The notes under the pieces were generated by a model that did not search any database, had not been told where the DNA came from, and saw only the letters and a list, made by a program, of their open reading frames with translations. From the NCBI RefSeq assembly GCF_009914755.1, contig NC_060929.1: DNA of 64,000 bases. One strand, written 5' to 3'. The translations under genes and the position numbers were made by a program. The DNA comes from the human T2T-CHM13v2.0 reference genome, Homo sapiens. Positions 13,461-31,470 of this stretch are shown here, piece by piece. Each line of letters opens with the position of its first letter. Position 1 is the stretch's first letter.

Positions 13461-14182
13461 ATGATTATGAGTCTTACAGGAATCTTATTCAGATTCTTAG
13501 TCCGGTATTCTGAATTCATTATCAAACACATTTTGACATTTCACGATTTCTTCGAATAATTCTCCATGTACAAGAGTTCTGTTGTAGATTAATTTGTTAG
13601 AGATATCGAAAAGGTTCATTTTTTTAGTGGAAACTTCTAAAGTAATATTGACTTCATTACTTAACTCTGTGACTTGATTAAGCATTGTTTAAATTTTCAG
13701 TCAGGAAAAATCATCAATTCCCTTTCAAAAGATGAATATTTATCTCCTTTTCAAATTTGCACTGAATCACTCTTTGGCATATAAAATTTTATCTTTCAAA
13801 TCTGTTTTGCAGATGTAGAGTCTGGTGCTTTTAAACTTGGTTGGTGGAGTGAAAAATTTGTATATGTATTATACTTCAGAGGCATTAAAAATAAAGAATA
13901 ATAGCCATAATTATGTTAAACTTTAGCAGTTTGTTGAGAAACCGTAAGCACCTGCAGATACCCAAGAAGAAGTTGTTCCAGAAGCCATAGTGAGCCCTGG
14001 CAGCACTCACAGTAAAGGGGTGGATAGAAGCAGATTTCTGTAAGATTTGTTCTATCCACTTGGTCCTATGCTGACCACCATAATCTCTTTCCTCTGTTCC
14101 CAAATATCCCATATTCCACCTCCACCTCTGCTTTGCTTCTGTCAGAAGGTAGTAACGTGGCATTACTTCTTAACATAAATAA

Positions 14183-14519
<337 letters not shown>

Positions 14520-14849
14520 TCCTTGTCCACTTTTTAAGGCCAAATCCACATACAATTTTTTATCTTGATACATGTTTTGAGAGTAATTAGTGGAATAGAG
14601 CTGAGTGACTTGTTTTATGTCCCCAGATGGATTCATTGTGTGTTTCCCACTCCTCAATCATGTACAACATAGAAGTGCAGTTGGAGAGTTACAGAATTCT
14701 TCTCTTTGTTCTCAGTGCCCTCTTGAGAAGAGTAGGGTTCTATCAGTGACTTCTTCCTTTTCACTTCCAATTGGTCAGAAATTTGTACTATTAGATGCAC
14801 TAGATCTTTACTATTCTCATTTCATTTTTTAGTGTCTTTCTGTCTTCTC

Positions 14850-16930
14850 CAATTCTCCATTTATGTGAAAAATACCATCATTCTGCTCTTGATCCAGTAC
14901 CTTTGTCTGGGACACTGTCTTCATTCCTTTTTAGCCCCATACTGTATAGCCATGGGTCAGGCTCTGTTACTGGAGCATCAGTCTAGGCTGACTTTGGGGC
15001 ACATTGCTTGGGTTCCTGCCCTGCCTGTCATAATCTCAGCCCCCTTACTAGTGTTATCTGTTGCCTTTCCAAGGTTTACAGAGTACTGTGCATAATCCCT
15101 AATGGCTTGCAAGGTCTTTCCCAATCTAGTACTAGCCTATTTCTGTCATCATCTCCAGATATGTGTGCACCTCCTCCCACTTCTACCCCTCAAGTTGTAA
15201 CTATATCAGATATCAGATCATTTACCATTCCTTTCAAGACCCCTTTCAAGGCCTTTTGCTCTTGATTTTCCTTTTGCCATAAACTCCTTCCTTCAAATCT
15301 ACCTTACAACCCTTCATATCATTTAGGAGCCAAATCGAATGTTACCTTCTCTCCCCATTCTGGCATCCTCAATTCCATTCCTCTTTGTCTTGGCCAGGTT
15401 TTATTGATTCCCTTCTGTACTTAAATAGCATTTTATGCTTGAACACTCTTTGCCTGCTTTATCTCTCCCTCATTGTTTCCCACTCCTAATGCCATAGCTT
15501 TCTGATTTCTACCCTTATCATTCTACTGACATTGCTCTTGCAGAAGTCATCTGTGAGCTCTTGTCTATTAAATCCTGTGAAGGCCTTTCAGTCCTGTTTT
15601 TACTTAACATCTCTTTGGAATTTAATACTCATGATCACACCTTTTTTTTATTATTATACTTTAAGTTCTGGGATACATGTGCAGAATGTGCAGTTTTGTT
15701 AAATAGGTATATACGTGCCATGGTGGTTTGCTGCACCCATCAACCCGTCACCTACATTAGGTATTTCTCCTAATGCTCTCCCTCCCCTAGCCCCCCACCC
15801 ACCGGCAGGCCCCAAGTGTGTGATGTTCCCCTCCCTGTGTCCATGTGTTCTCATTGTTCAACTCCCGCTTATGAGTGAGAACATGCACACACCTTTTTTT
15901 AAAAGCATTCTCTTTTGGCTTCCTAACACTTCCCTCTCCTCGTATCCCTTTCTTATGGCCTGCCTAGCTCCTTTTCCTTTTTGCTGCCTATTCTCTCAGT
16001 GTTTGTTCCATGAGGGTCTGCCTTTTGCAGTCCCCATGGTTTCATATCTCTGTCTACATTCTAATAATTCCTAATTGTATTTCTTTCATCCAGACCCTAT
16101 ACAACAAGATTCTCCACCTGAATGTCACACAGCTCTCTGACACTTAACTTGCTATTGCCACTTCTACCAAAATTATTACCTTCTATCTTATACCATATCT
16201 TCCACAGCTCTGCTTCACTGAATAGTACCATGACTCTAGCCACCTCAAAGTAATGTTTTCTCCTCACTTTCCCTGTTCCATTGCCTTAGAACAGGCCTTT
16301 ATCATCTTTCACTTGGACTGTCCAACCTACAGACTTGTCCCCTCTGGTCTTCCCTACTGCCATCCAAGTGATTTTCTAAAACACAAGTCTGATTGTGTAA
16401 CCTAAGTCACTCTTCTATTTAGTGGCTTCACAGTCTCCTAGAGTATAAAGCCTGTAATCTCAACACATCTCACAGGATACCCTTTACAATCTGGTACTTG
16501 CCAATATTTTTACAATCTCGTCTTCTACTTGTGCCCACTGTGTACTTCATCCTCTTGTCAAAGCAAACTACTTTTTTTTCCCTATATAGACTGTGCATTT
16601 TAAGCCCCCTCCTCTTTGCGTCTTTTACACCAATTTCTAGGATGCACTCCCCACCCCGACACCCCTTTCCATTTTCATCCCCATCTCTAGTCTGTACATT
16701 TCAGCCACAGAATCTCAGCTCTCCCCAAAAGTCACACCTCTATAGAATCCTTCCTAGATCTTTCCCAATGAAATACCTCTTTTTCTGGGTGACTGCCTCA
16801 TGAGGCGATGGCATGTTTTCCCCTCTTCCCCGTTAGGTTATGCATTTTTGGAGAAAAGACACTTTTGTATCTCCATGTATCCACCAAGGTACCTGGTTTG
16901 TGGAAAGTATTTAATTTATATTTGTTGAAT
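14850..16930 (+). mobile_element. L2 fragments, interrupted by an L1PA
   Basis: Pyrimidine-rich L2-like sequence ending with an L2-like terminus (atatttgttgaat near 16930). Confidence 0.55.
15642..15887 (-). mobile_element. 5'-truncated L1PA (L1PA8-like) 3' end
   Basis: ttaagttctgggatacatgtgcagaa...tgccatggtggtttgctgcacccatcaacccgtc; TSD cacaccttttttt at 15636 and 15888. Confidence 0.9.
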
Positions 16931-16956
16931 TGTAGTCCTATGGCTTATACTTATAA

Positions 16957-17213
<257 letters not shown>

Positions 17214-17705
17214 CAAAAGTCCTGTTCTATTCATCCTGGTTTCTTCAGGGCCAGGAACAGTGTTTATGACTTAACCAAAGTTAATTGAAACATTATTTTG
17301 AGGAACATTTCAAGAGAACTTAAGAATAGGGTAGTATTAAAGATCAATAGATAGATACTAAGACATATATAATATACATCTAGTATAGAATTTTAATTTG
17401 TCAAAGACTTATTTGTACAAAACTATGCTAGATATTAAGAAAAGAAAGGAAGTCAAAATGGGTAACTGGAAGATGTTAATTTGGCATTTGGAAGGTATAT
17501 GAAGTTCTCTATAGATTATTTTGAAAGAAATATGAAGCATCTTTGCCATAACTCTGAGCAGAATAGTGCTTAGCATCTACACCCGAGGGTGTTATCTTAG
17601 AACACGGTACTATATTTTTTGTGAGCTTCATGATAGGCTAAATTAAAAGAGGTTAGAGGGAAAAAAGGAACCCCATCACCTCAACATAATAGAACGTATA
17701 TCTGA

Positions 17706-18419
<714 letters not shown>

Positions 18420-18446
18420 AGATCATTGATTGAGATATAGAGGTGA

Positions 18447-18469
18447 ATACATACATACATATATACCTA

Positions 18470-18524
<55 letters not shown>

Positions 18525-18615
18525 TATATTTAATATATATAAATATATGAACACAATGTAATAGGTATATAAGTATGTATGCATAATATATATGTTTATG
18601 TATCTCTGTATATCC
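18447..18615. repeat. (CA)n microsatellite with TA-rich flanks
   Basis: Long CA run at about 18469-18522. Confidence 0.95.
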
Positions 18616-18808
18616 TATTTGAATACCAGCTTTTAAGTTGGTGAACATTTGACATCTGGTACAGGATTTTAATTTAATGTTGGTTGAAAGCTGTTGAGTA
18701 CTGTTTCACCTGCAGTGGTTGAGGAGGTCACTTGGAATAGAACTCTCCATGAAATGTAGCATTCTTTCCCTTCTTAATCAGCTACCAAACTGATTTTTCT
18801 TGCTGCTT

Positions 18809-19135
18809 ATTTATTTTTATTTTTTATTTTCGGAGGCAGGGTCTCTTTCTGTTGCCCAGGCTGGAGTGCAGTGGTGCCCATCTCAGGTCACTGCAGCCTC
18901 TGCCTCCTGGGTTCAAGTGATTCTTCTTCCTCAGCCTCCCGAGTAGCTGGGATTACAGGTCTCTGCAAAAATACAAGAATTAGCTGGCCACCATACCCAG
19001 CTAATTTTTGTATTTGTATAGAGACAGGGTTTCGCCATGTTGCCCAGGTTGGTCTTGAATACCTGGACTCAAGTGATCCGCCTGCCTTGGTCTTGCAGAG
19101 TGCAGGGATTACAGACGTGAGCCACCGTGCCTAAC
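18809..19135 (-). mobile_element. Alu (Jb/Sz-like) with an internal inverted duplication
   Basis: Antisense Alu; TSD ttcttgctgctt at 18797 and 19136. Confidence 0.88.
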
Positions 19136-19409
19136 TTCTTGCTGCTTGATTTAATGAAATAAAATATTTTACAAGTGCTTCATAAAGAGCTTTAGAGGTA
19201 TTTGGTTTATAAGAGCAGAGTGTAAATTTTGGCTGAGAAGAATATTGGCATATGTTTTAAATTAGGAATCTCTTCCAATTCCATTTGATCAACTTCCTTA
19301 TCTGAGGTTTGCTGAAGTTTCCTTCAGAAATGTTTAATTACTGATGGTCTTTTCTAGGAATTTAATGGAATTTTCAGCTATACTGATTACAGCTGAAAAT
19401 AGAAAAGGA

Positions 19410-19670
19410 TGGGGAAATTCAATGATTTTTAATATATTTACAGACTTGTACAACCATTGTGACCATTTAATTTATAGCATTTCTGTCACCCCAAAAAGAG
19501 ACAATGTTTAATTATTCCCTATTTTTACCACCAGCCCTGTGCAAGTACTGATCTGCCATCTATATATTTGCCTTTTATGTATGTTTCAGATCAATATAAT
19601 CATGTAGTATGTCATCTCTTGTGTCTAGCTTCTTTTAGTTGGGAGAGTGTGTTTTGAGGTTCATCTATGT
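19410..19670 (-). mobile_element. L1M 3' end fragment
   Basis: aattcaatgatttttaatatatttacagacttgtacaacca...tcaccccaaaaagaga. Confidence 0.65.
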
Positions 19671-19672
19671 TG

Positions 19673-20045
19673 TGTACAGTGGGTTCAATGGTGGCCCCCC
19701 AAAAAGCTATTTTCACATCAAATTCCTGGAACCTGTGAATGTTTCCTTTTTTGAAAAAAGTCTTTGCAAATTTAATTGTTAGGGATCTTGAGATGAGATC
19801 ATCCTGGATTATCCAGTTAGGCCTTAAATCCGACAAGTACCCTCATTAAAGGACAGAAAATGAGAAGACACAAAGGGGGAAGAGCAACATAAAGATGAAG
19901 GCAGAGATCAGAGTGATGTGATCATAAGCCAAGGAGGCCAAGGAATGGTGCCAGCCACTAGAAGCTTGAAAAGGCTACGAAGGATTCTACCCAGTTCCTC
20001 TAGAGGAAGTGTGACCCTGCAGATACCTTGATTTCAGACTTCTGG
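19673..20045 (+). mobile_element. MLT1C-like MaLR LTR (3'-truncated)
   Basis: ggtggcccccc...ggaacctgtgaatg...gatcttgagatgagatcatcctggatta...accttgatttcagacttctgg. Confidence 0.8.
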
Positions 20046-20248
20046 AAAAACATAAGGGCCCCAAATCAGGTATCCAAGATTCAACCTTAAGAAACTGGAG
20101 ACCCAAAAAACCAAAACAGAACAAAAATCAGAGAGAGAAAGAATTAACCTAGTAGGCAGAAGGAAGAAAATAATAAAAAGGAAAGAGCAGATGAATAAAA
20201 CTGAAATTAAAAAACAAAGAAAAATTACCAATTTGAGAAGACAAATCA

Positions 20249-20572
<324 letters not shown>

Positions 20573-21291
20573 TCAGACACCGATATCTTGAATGAAGGAG
20601 GTGACATCACTGTAGAACTTAATGACATTGAAAGATAATTGGGAATTTTATGACAATTTTATACAAACATATTTGATAACTTAGACGAAATGGAAAAATT
20701 TCCTTGAAAGACACAAATTATGAAAGATCATTCATAAGACACAAATAATTGAGATATTCCTGTCCTGTGTAAAAGACTGGATGTGTAATTAAAAACCTTT
20801 CCACTATGAAAACTCTAGATGGCTTCACTGTTGAATTCTACTTTAAGAAAGAAAAAATTCCAATTCTATACAAACTCTTCCAGAAACTAAAAGAAGAAAC
20901 ACACTCCAACTTATTTTATAAGGCCAACATTACCCTGATGCCTAACGCAAAGTCACTTCAGAAAAAGGAAACCATAGACTGATATCCCCAATGAACTGAA
21001 ACAAAAATCCTTAACGAAACATCAGCAAGTTCAAGCTAACAGTTTATTGAAAGGATAATACATCATGATTAAGTCATATTTAAACCAAGAGTGCAAAGGA
21101 GGATTGAAAGGATTGAAAATCAGACAATATAATGCACAGACTTAAAAAAGAGAAAAGGTATATCATCATCTCAATTGATGTAAAATAAGCATTTGAAAAA
21201 ATCCAGCATTCATTCATGATAAAATTTCTCAGCCAAGTAGGAATAGAATGGAATTTCTTAGTTCTGATAAAGGGCATCTATGAAAAACCTA

Positions 21292-21909
21292 CAGGTTCAG
21301 GTCAAATATCTATTATCCAAAATGTCTGGGCTCAGAAGTGTTCTGGGTTTGGGATTCAAATTGTGGAATATTTGCATATATGTAATGAGATGTCTTGAGA
21401 TGGGACCCAAGTCTGAGTACAAAATTCATTTATGTTTCGTAATACATTATACACATAGCCTGAAGGTAATTTTATATAATATTTAAAAAAATTTTTTGCA
21501 TCAAACAGTGTGTGTACATTGAACCATTAGAAGGCAAAAATGTCATTGTCTCAGTTACACATGTGGAGAACTATAGAGTTTTGGCATCATCATCATTCCT
21601 GAATCTCAATTTATATGTCACTGATAAGCATTTTCTTACACTTATTCATACATAAGTACTTAACTGAAAAATATGACATATCATTAATACAGTAAAAAAA
21701 AGTAATGTGTTCAGGTTAACTGCACAGCACAGTAGCATCACCAGAATACGTGTATCAACTGTTACACAGTAGCAACAACAAACAGTGGCAGACTGAATGA
21801 ACTGTGTGTTGTGTACATGCATTTTGATTGTGACCCATCACATGAAATCAGGTATCAAATTATGGAGCACTTTGGATTTTGGATATTTGGATTAGGGATG
21901 TTCAATCTG
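21292..21909 (+). mobile_element. Tigger4-type (Zombi) non-autonomous DNA transposon
   Basis: TA-caggtt...ttatccaaaatg start; gggacccaagtct and cacatagcctgaaggtaatttt internal motifs; ggattagggatgttcaatctg terminal inverted end. Confidence 0.8.
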
Positions 21910-22110
21910 AAATACACTTAATGGAAAAAGGCTGAATACTTTCCCCCTGTGCTTGAGAAAAAAGCAATGATGTTAACTCTCATTATTTCTATATGCTGGA
22001 ATTGCCAGCCAGTGCAATAAGACAAATAAATGAAAGGCTTACTGATTGGAAGGAAGAAATAAAATTGTGTCTATTAAAGAGACCACATAATCGTCTATAT
22101 AGAAAATTTC

Positions 22111-22391
22111 TGCCAGTAACGGTGGCTTGCCCCTGTAATTCCAGTGCTTTGGCAGACCAAGGCAGGAGGATTGCTTGAGGCAAAGAGTTCCAGACCAGTC
22201 TGGGTAACATATAGTGAGACCTTATCTCTACAAAAAATAAAAACTAGCCAGGCATGTTGCCATGTGCCCATAGCCCTAGCTACTTGGATGGATGAGGCAG
22301 GAGAATTGCTTGAACCTAGAAGTTCAAGTTATGGTGAGCTGTGATCACACCACTGTACTCCAGCCTGGACAATAGAGCAAGACTCTGTCTC
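22111..22391 (+). mobile_element. AluJ lacking its A-tail
   Basis: ggaggattgcttgaggc...gaccttatctctacaaaaaat...gagctgtgatcacacc. Confidence 0.85.
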
Positions 22392-22399
22392 TCTCTCTC

Positions 22400-24516
<2,117 letters not shown>

Positions 24517-25584
24517 TTATGAGTCAATTTTATTTCTGTTGACTAGCAACAAACAATTGTTAATAAAATTGTGAAAATAATACCAGTGATTAACAGCATA
24601 ATACATATGGAAATCTGGCCATGTGTGTGTGTAGTATTTATACATTGAAAACCATAATACATTTCTGAGAGAACTAAAAGATCTATATAAATGAGAAGAT
24701 GTACTGTATTCGTGGATCAGAAGAGTCAATAGTATTAACATTTCAGTTCTTCCCAAATTCATGTTTAGATTTAATGTAATCTCAATTAAATTCCAGTTGA
24801 ATGTTTGGAGATAGAAATTGGATAAGCTGGTTCTAAAATTCATCTGGAAATGTAAACAACTTGGAATAGCCTAAACAATTTTGAAAAGTACAAAACTAGA
24901 GAACTTACTTTACTCAGGTCACATAAATTGTAATTACACATATTAACATTTATTTCTTTTACAAGAAGAGCTCCTTGAGAGCAAGGATTTTGTTTTTGTT
25001 TTGTTTTGTTTAATCTGTGTATGCCTAGGGTCTTTACCTTTTCTTGAATATAGAAGGAACATAAATACTAGGTCCTCAATAAATGTTGCATGAATGAAAG
25101 AAATAATTTCACTTTTTATCCAAGCATTTTAGGAATCAACTTTGAGGTCTAATCTATATACAGTGAGGTGCAATTGAATGTTAAATGTGTAGATTTTGAA
25201 TAGCCAGCGCTTTCTTTGAAGCTGTCAAATATTTATGATATATTCCAAAGGAAATTTTGGGGGTTTTGTTTATAAATTACTTTTGCAAGCTTTCTTCTCC
25301 GCTTTATTTGGGAACTTAATCGCTTAACATTACTGAAAGTCAGTTTTCAGAGCTGTCAAACCCAGTGCCTGACATAATGTTAAGATTGCGCTAACCAAAT
25401 TTTACAAGCTAGTAACTACCAAAATGTAGGCTCAAGAAAGGGCTAGGGAAACAGTACACAGGAATAATAGAGAGGCACTTTGTAGCTCCGATATAAAGCA
25501 ACCTAGTGAAGAGCAAGGGGACAGAACCCCAGTGTTATAAGACACCTTGGCATCTATAAACCAACAGAAATATAACAGATATTA

Positions 25585-25935
25585 CTAGCTGCATACTCCA
25601 ATATACATTTCCTTTCTTCTCAAATTCTGTATTTTCTAGCTTCTCTTGCAGTTAGATGTGATTAAATGTGGCAACTATGTTTTGACCAATGAGGTGTAAC
25701 GAAAGGGTAGTGTGAAACTTTGAAGAAGTCTCCGAAAGAAGGTTACAGACCCTTTTCACTCCTTCCTTTTTACTCTTTCCTCTGCCAGTAATGTGGATAT
25801 GATGGCTGTGCACAAACAGCATTTTGTCAGAGCAATAGAATAGAAGGTACCCTGGTCCTTGACTCTGGAACCACCAAACCAGCTCTGGAGTAACTAAATC
25901 TAGATTTCTCTTAATGAGAGAGAAGTAGATTTATT
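25585..25935 (+). mobile_element. Old LTR (MLT1J/K-like)
   Basis: ctagcttctcttgcagttagatgtg...ccaatgaggtgtaa...gatggctg...gcaatagaatagaaggtaccctggtcc. Confidence 0.55.
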
Positions 25936-25969
25936 GATATTTATCACATATATATGTATATTGCATATA

Positions 25970-27330
25970 TAATTATGTTACATTTATTGGAGTCTAACAT
26001 ACTTAAAGTTTGCCTTTTTACATGTGTAGGTCTGTGTGATTTGACAAATGAATGGTTGTGTCTCTCCAAAAACTTCCCTTGTGATGCCTCTTTATAGAAA
26101 CCCCTCCATCCCCACTTTTAACCTTTGGCAACTGTTGGCCTATTTTTTATCCCTATAGTTATGACTTGTTCAGAATGTTAATATAACTGGAATTATATCG
26201 TGTGTAGTCTTTTGAGTGTGGCTTCTTTAAGCAGAATGTATTTGAGTTGTTTTATATGTCAGTACTCTATTACTTTTTATTGCTGAATAAAATTTCACTC
26301 TATGGATGTACTACTTTATTTAGTGCATTAACAGAATGAAGATTTGGGGTTGTTTCCAGTTTGGGGCAATTGTGAACAAAGCTGCTGTAATTATTCATCT
26401 ACAGCTTTTTATTGTTTTTTAAAAAATAAATTTTCATTTATCTTAAGTAACACTTAGAAATGACATTGCTTGTGATATGGGAAGTATATATTTAACTTTA
26501 TAAGAAACTGTTTTCCACAGTTGCAGTTCCATTTTGCATTCCCACAATCAATGTATGCACATTCCAATTGCTCCATATCCTCATCAGCACTAGGTATCGT
26601 TAGCTTTTTTTTTAAAGCCATTCTTATAGGTTTGTAGTAATAGTGTATTGTGATTTTTAATTTGCATTTCTGAAATGACTAGTTATGTTAAGGATCTTTC
26701 CATATACTATTTATCATCTGTTTCTCTAACTTGATGAAATGTCTGTAAAAATCTTTTCCCATTTTAAATATTGATTTATTTTTCTTATTGTTGAATTTTC
26801 AGAGCTTTTTAGATATTCTGGATACAAGTTAACACAAGCGTGGGTTTTTAAAAAGAGTCCGGCTTTCTTGGTTTCTCTACCTTGCTGCTGCTTTCACCAT
26901 GTGATCTCTTTGCACTTGCCTGCTCCTTTTCTCCTTTTCACTATGCAGGCATGAGGTCTTCACCAGGAGCCAAGCAGATGCTGGCACCATGCTTTTTGTA
27001 CTTCCTAGCCTGCAGAACTATGAGCTAAATAAACCTATTTTCTTTACAAATTACCCAGCCACAGATATTTGTTATAGCAACACAAAATGACTAAGACAGT
27101 CTAATTTACCAATATATTTAGGGATTGTATTTAAGAAATCTTTGCCTTACGCAGGGTGGTAGACATTGTCCTTCACAATTTTAAGTTTTACAACTACATC
27201 TATGAACTATTTAAATTAGCTTTTATATGTATGTAGTGTGAGGTATGACTCAAAGTTGATTTTTTTTTGCATAGGGATATCCAGTTGTTCCAGCATGATT
27301 TGTATCTGAGAATTATACAGCCTTCCCCCT
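25970..27330 (-). mobile_element. L1M (MB/MC-like) 3' region, interrupted by MST
   Basis: Antisense L1 3' UTR/ORF2 end (ttgtttccagtttggggcaattgtgaacaaagctgct; cattttgcattcccac). Confidence 0.7.
26835..27098 (+). mobile_element. MST-family MaLR LTR, 3' half
   Basis: agcagatgctggcaccatgc...cagaactatgagctaaataaacc...ttatagcaacacaaaatgactaagaca. Confidence 0.8.
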
Positions 27331-27579
27331 ATTGAATGTATTCTGTATCACTTACTTAGCTCTTATGTCTGTTTGCTATGTTTCCCAAAAATAATAAGTA
27401 CAAAAAGTTGAATACCACATTTGTCTCTTCGTTCTACCCTCAACTTTGCAACAGTAGATATAAATTATGATAGTTTTTTTAAATAACTGAACATCACAAA
27501 TACCAGATGATACTTTAGAATTATGATATGAAAGACCACACACAGACATAAAGTGTCATTATTTGGCTTATTTAAAGTT

Positions 27580-27705
27580 CTTCCTTTCTAAAAATGGGAT
27601 CATAATACCAACAATAAGGGTTTGTGAGGATTAAATGAGATTAGGGATATAAACATATCTAGGATAGTGCTTGGAGAACATAGTAGGCACTCAATAAATA
27701 CCAGG
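27580..27705 (+). mobile_element. MIR fragment
   Basis: gtttgtgaggattaaatgaga...catagtaggcactcaataaata. Confidence 0.7.
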
Positions 27706-28847
27706 CCTTTTCTGCTCTTCTTCATAGACCATAAATAAAATATCAAAGCTAGTAAGTCCAACAGATATTTCCATTTATTTCAGTGGTATATTAACAGATT
27801 GAGACAGTTTTCACAATAAGGGAAAGGGAAAGAAAGCAGTTCACCTAGAAGTACAAATTTATCCAGCATCTGATAGTGACCAATTACACTATGATTTTAT
27901 GGCTCCAGTTCTCTGAGTCTATGCCTAAAAAATGGATGCTAAAGTGCTAGGCCATTAGATATCTGTCAAAACATTTTATGCTGAAGAACACATATTTTGA
28001 AACTTGGAGTGAGATCTGGTCTTGTAAAATTAAAACTGTGTTTCATAAAAAAGATTTAAAAATAGAATAAGGATCTGCCTGGGCCTTTCTGGACACACAA
28101 TGAAAACATCCAGAAGACAAGAAAACGACACAGGTGGGATCATTACATTGCCCCAGGCGCAAATGCTTTCTGTCTTAAAATTTTGAATTCTTTCCAGTTA
28201 CAAGTTCTGAACTTTCTGGCATCTGCCGCATAAATGCATCACAGAGTTTGGCAGAGGTAAAGGGAAGCATTAATTTTGCATGGAAATCACTTTAGAGATC
28301 TTGGTTTAATTTTTCTTGAAGGACTACATAAGCAACTTGAGTGATATAAAAGTCTAAAACTTGCAGACTTGCTTGGCAGAATGAATCTAACAAGGAAGAC
28401 CTTCTTTTAAAAAATGCCCAAATATTAAGATATTAAAATTCACAGAAATGGGAAAATGTTCTAACTTCTATATAAAACCCAGAGTAATGTTTATAAACAC
28501 TTTGGACACAATTTTTATACATGTACACAGTAATTGCACTAAGAATACAGTTGCATTTAGGAGAAATTTATTTGGTGCTCATGTTTTCTACTTACAGTTA
28601 TTTAAGTTACATGGCTCTGGAACATACTCAGAATATTCATTCAATCAAAGGGTTTGGAAAAATAAAAAGGTCTTATGATATCTAGACTTAGGAATGAATG
28701 CTGCAATAAATAACCACTTACGCCCTTACATTTATGGCCAATTGATTTTCCACAAAGATGCCAAAACAATTCAATGTAAAAAGAGTAGTCCTTTCAACAA
28801 ATGATGCTGGGATAACTGGTTATCCATATGTAAAAAGGTGAATTTGG

Positions 28848-29148
28848 GGCCGGGCATGGTGGCTCACGCCTATAATCTCAGCACTTTTGAAGGCTGAGGT
28901 GGGTGGATCACCTGAGGTCAGGAGTTTGAGACCAGCCTGGCCAGCATGGCAAAACCCCATCTCTACTAAAAATACAAAAAATTTGCCAGGCGTGGTGGCG
29001 CGTGCCTGTACTCCTAGCTACTCAAGGGGCTGACACAGGAGAATTGCTTGAACCCGGGAGGCAGAGTTTGCAGTGAGCCGAGATCGTCCTGCTGTACTCT
29101 AGCCTGGGCCACCGAGCAAGACTCCATCTCAAAAAAGAAAAAAAAAAA
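28848..29148 (+). mobile_element. AluSx/Sq-like
   Basis: ggatcacctgaggtcaggagttt; TSD aaaaaggtg(a/t)atttgg. Confidence 0.92.
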
Positions 29149-29482
29149 GGTGTATTTGGAGCCTTACTTTACCATATAAAAATTAACTCAAAATAAGTCA
29201 TAGATTTAAGTGTAAAGAAGGTCCTAAAGAAAACATAGGAGAAAATATTTTTAACCTTGGATTAGGCAGTGAGTTCTTAGATGCAACACCAAAAGCACAA
29301 ATGATGAAAGAGGGAAAAAAAAGATAAGTTGGACTTCATCAAAATTAAAAGTTTATGCACTTCAAAAGATACCATCAAGAAAGTGAAAAGAAAGATAAGC
29401 CAAAGACTTGGGGAAAATATTTGCAAATAATGTATCTGATAAGGTACTGACATCCAGAATATTTAAAGAACATCTAGAATTC

Positions 29483-29814
<332 letters not shown>

Positions 29815-30994
29815 CTAATTTTTTAAATGGGCAAAAGATTTGAGTACATATTTCACTAAAGAAAGATATGCAAATGCCCAATAAGCACACGAAAAGATGC
29901 TTGCCATCCTTAGTTATTAAGAAAATGCAAATAAAAATCACAATGGCATTTTTCATACCCACTAGAATGGTTATAATAAAAAAGACAATTAAAACTGTTG
30001 ATGAGGAGGCAAAGAAACTAAAACTCACATATTACAGGTACAAATGTAAAAGGGTAACAGCCACTCTGGAAAGCAGTTGGGAAGTTCCATAAAATAGCAA
30101 ACATTTTGTAACTGACAACTTTCCTGAATTTGTTTCCCTGCTCTAACAGTTTTTTTGTTTTTGTTTTTGCTTTTTTGTTTTGGTAGAGTCTTTAGAGTTT
30201 TCTGTATGTAAGATAATGTTAACAAAAAACCGAGACAATTTCACTTCTTTCCTATTTGGATAACTTATTTCTTTTTCATTCCTAATTGACTCCAGTACTG
30301 TGTTGAGTAGAAATTGTCAAAGTGGGTATCCTTTTCTTGATCTTGGTTTTAGAGAAAAAGCTATCAACTCTGCACTGTTGAGTATGATGTTAGCTGTGGG
30401 CTTATCATATATGGCCTTTAATAATGTTGACATGCATTCCTGCTACACCTATTTTGTTGTGAGTTTTTATCATGAACAATGTTGAATTTTATCAAATGCT
30501 TTTTCTGCATCTATTGAGATGTCATGTGGTTTCTGTTCTTAATTTTGTTACTGTGGTAATCATATTTATTGGTTTACATATATTGAACCATCCTTGCATA
30601 CCTGGGATAAATCCCATTTGATCGTGGTGAATTATCTTCTTCATAAGCTGTTAGATTTGCTTTGCTAACATTTTTGTGATGATTCTTGCATCTATGTTCA
30701 CTAGGGATATTGTTCTGTAGCTTTCTTTTTTATAGTATCCTTGTCTGGCTTGGTATCAGGGCAATGCTAGCCTTGTAAAATGGGGTTAGAATTATTCCCT
30801 TTCTCTTCAACTTTTTTGGAAGAGTTTGAGAAGAATTGGTATTAATTCTTCTTTAACTCTTTGGTAGAATTTATCAGTGAAGTCATCAGGTCCTGGTTTT
30901 TTTTTGATGGTGAACTCTTATTACTGATTCATTCTCCTTACTTGTTATTGGTCTGGTCAGATTTTCTACTTCCACACTGCCAACAATCTATATG

Positions 30995-31470
30995 AAAAAG
31001 ACACATGCACACGTATGTTTATTGTGGCACTATTCATAACAGCAGAGACTTGGAACCAACCCAAATGTCCATCAGTAATAGACTGGATAAAGAAAATGTG
31101 GCACATATACACAATGGAATATATGCAGCCATAAAAAAGGATGAATTCATGTCCTTTGCAGGGACATGGATGAAGCTGGAAACTCTCATTCTCAGCAAAG
31201 TAACACAGGAACAGAAAACCAAACACCGCATGTTCTCACTCATAAGTGGGAGTGGAACAATGAGAACACATGGATATAGGGAGGGGAACGTCACACACTG
31301 GGGCCTGTCGGGGGGTGGGAGGCTAGGGGAGGGATAACATTAGGAGAAATACCTAATGTAGGTGACGGGATGATGGGTGCAGCAAACCACCATGGCGCAT
31401 GTATACCTATGTAACAAAACTGCACATTCTGCACATGTACCCCAGAACTTAAAGTATATATATATAAAAA
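30995..31470 (+). mobile_element. 5'-truncated L1PA (L1PA8-like) 3' end
   Basis: aaagacacatgcacacgtatg...gcaaaccaccatggc...gtaccccagaacttaaagtata. Confidence 0.9.
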
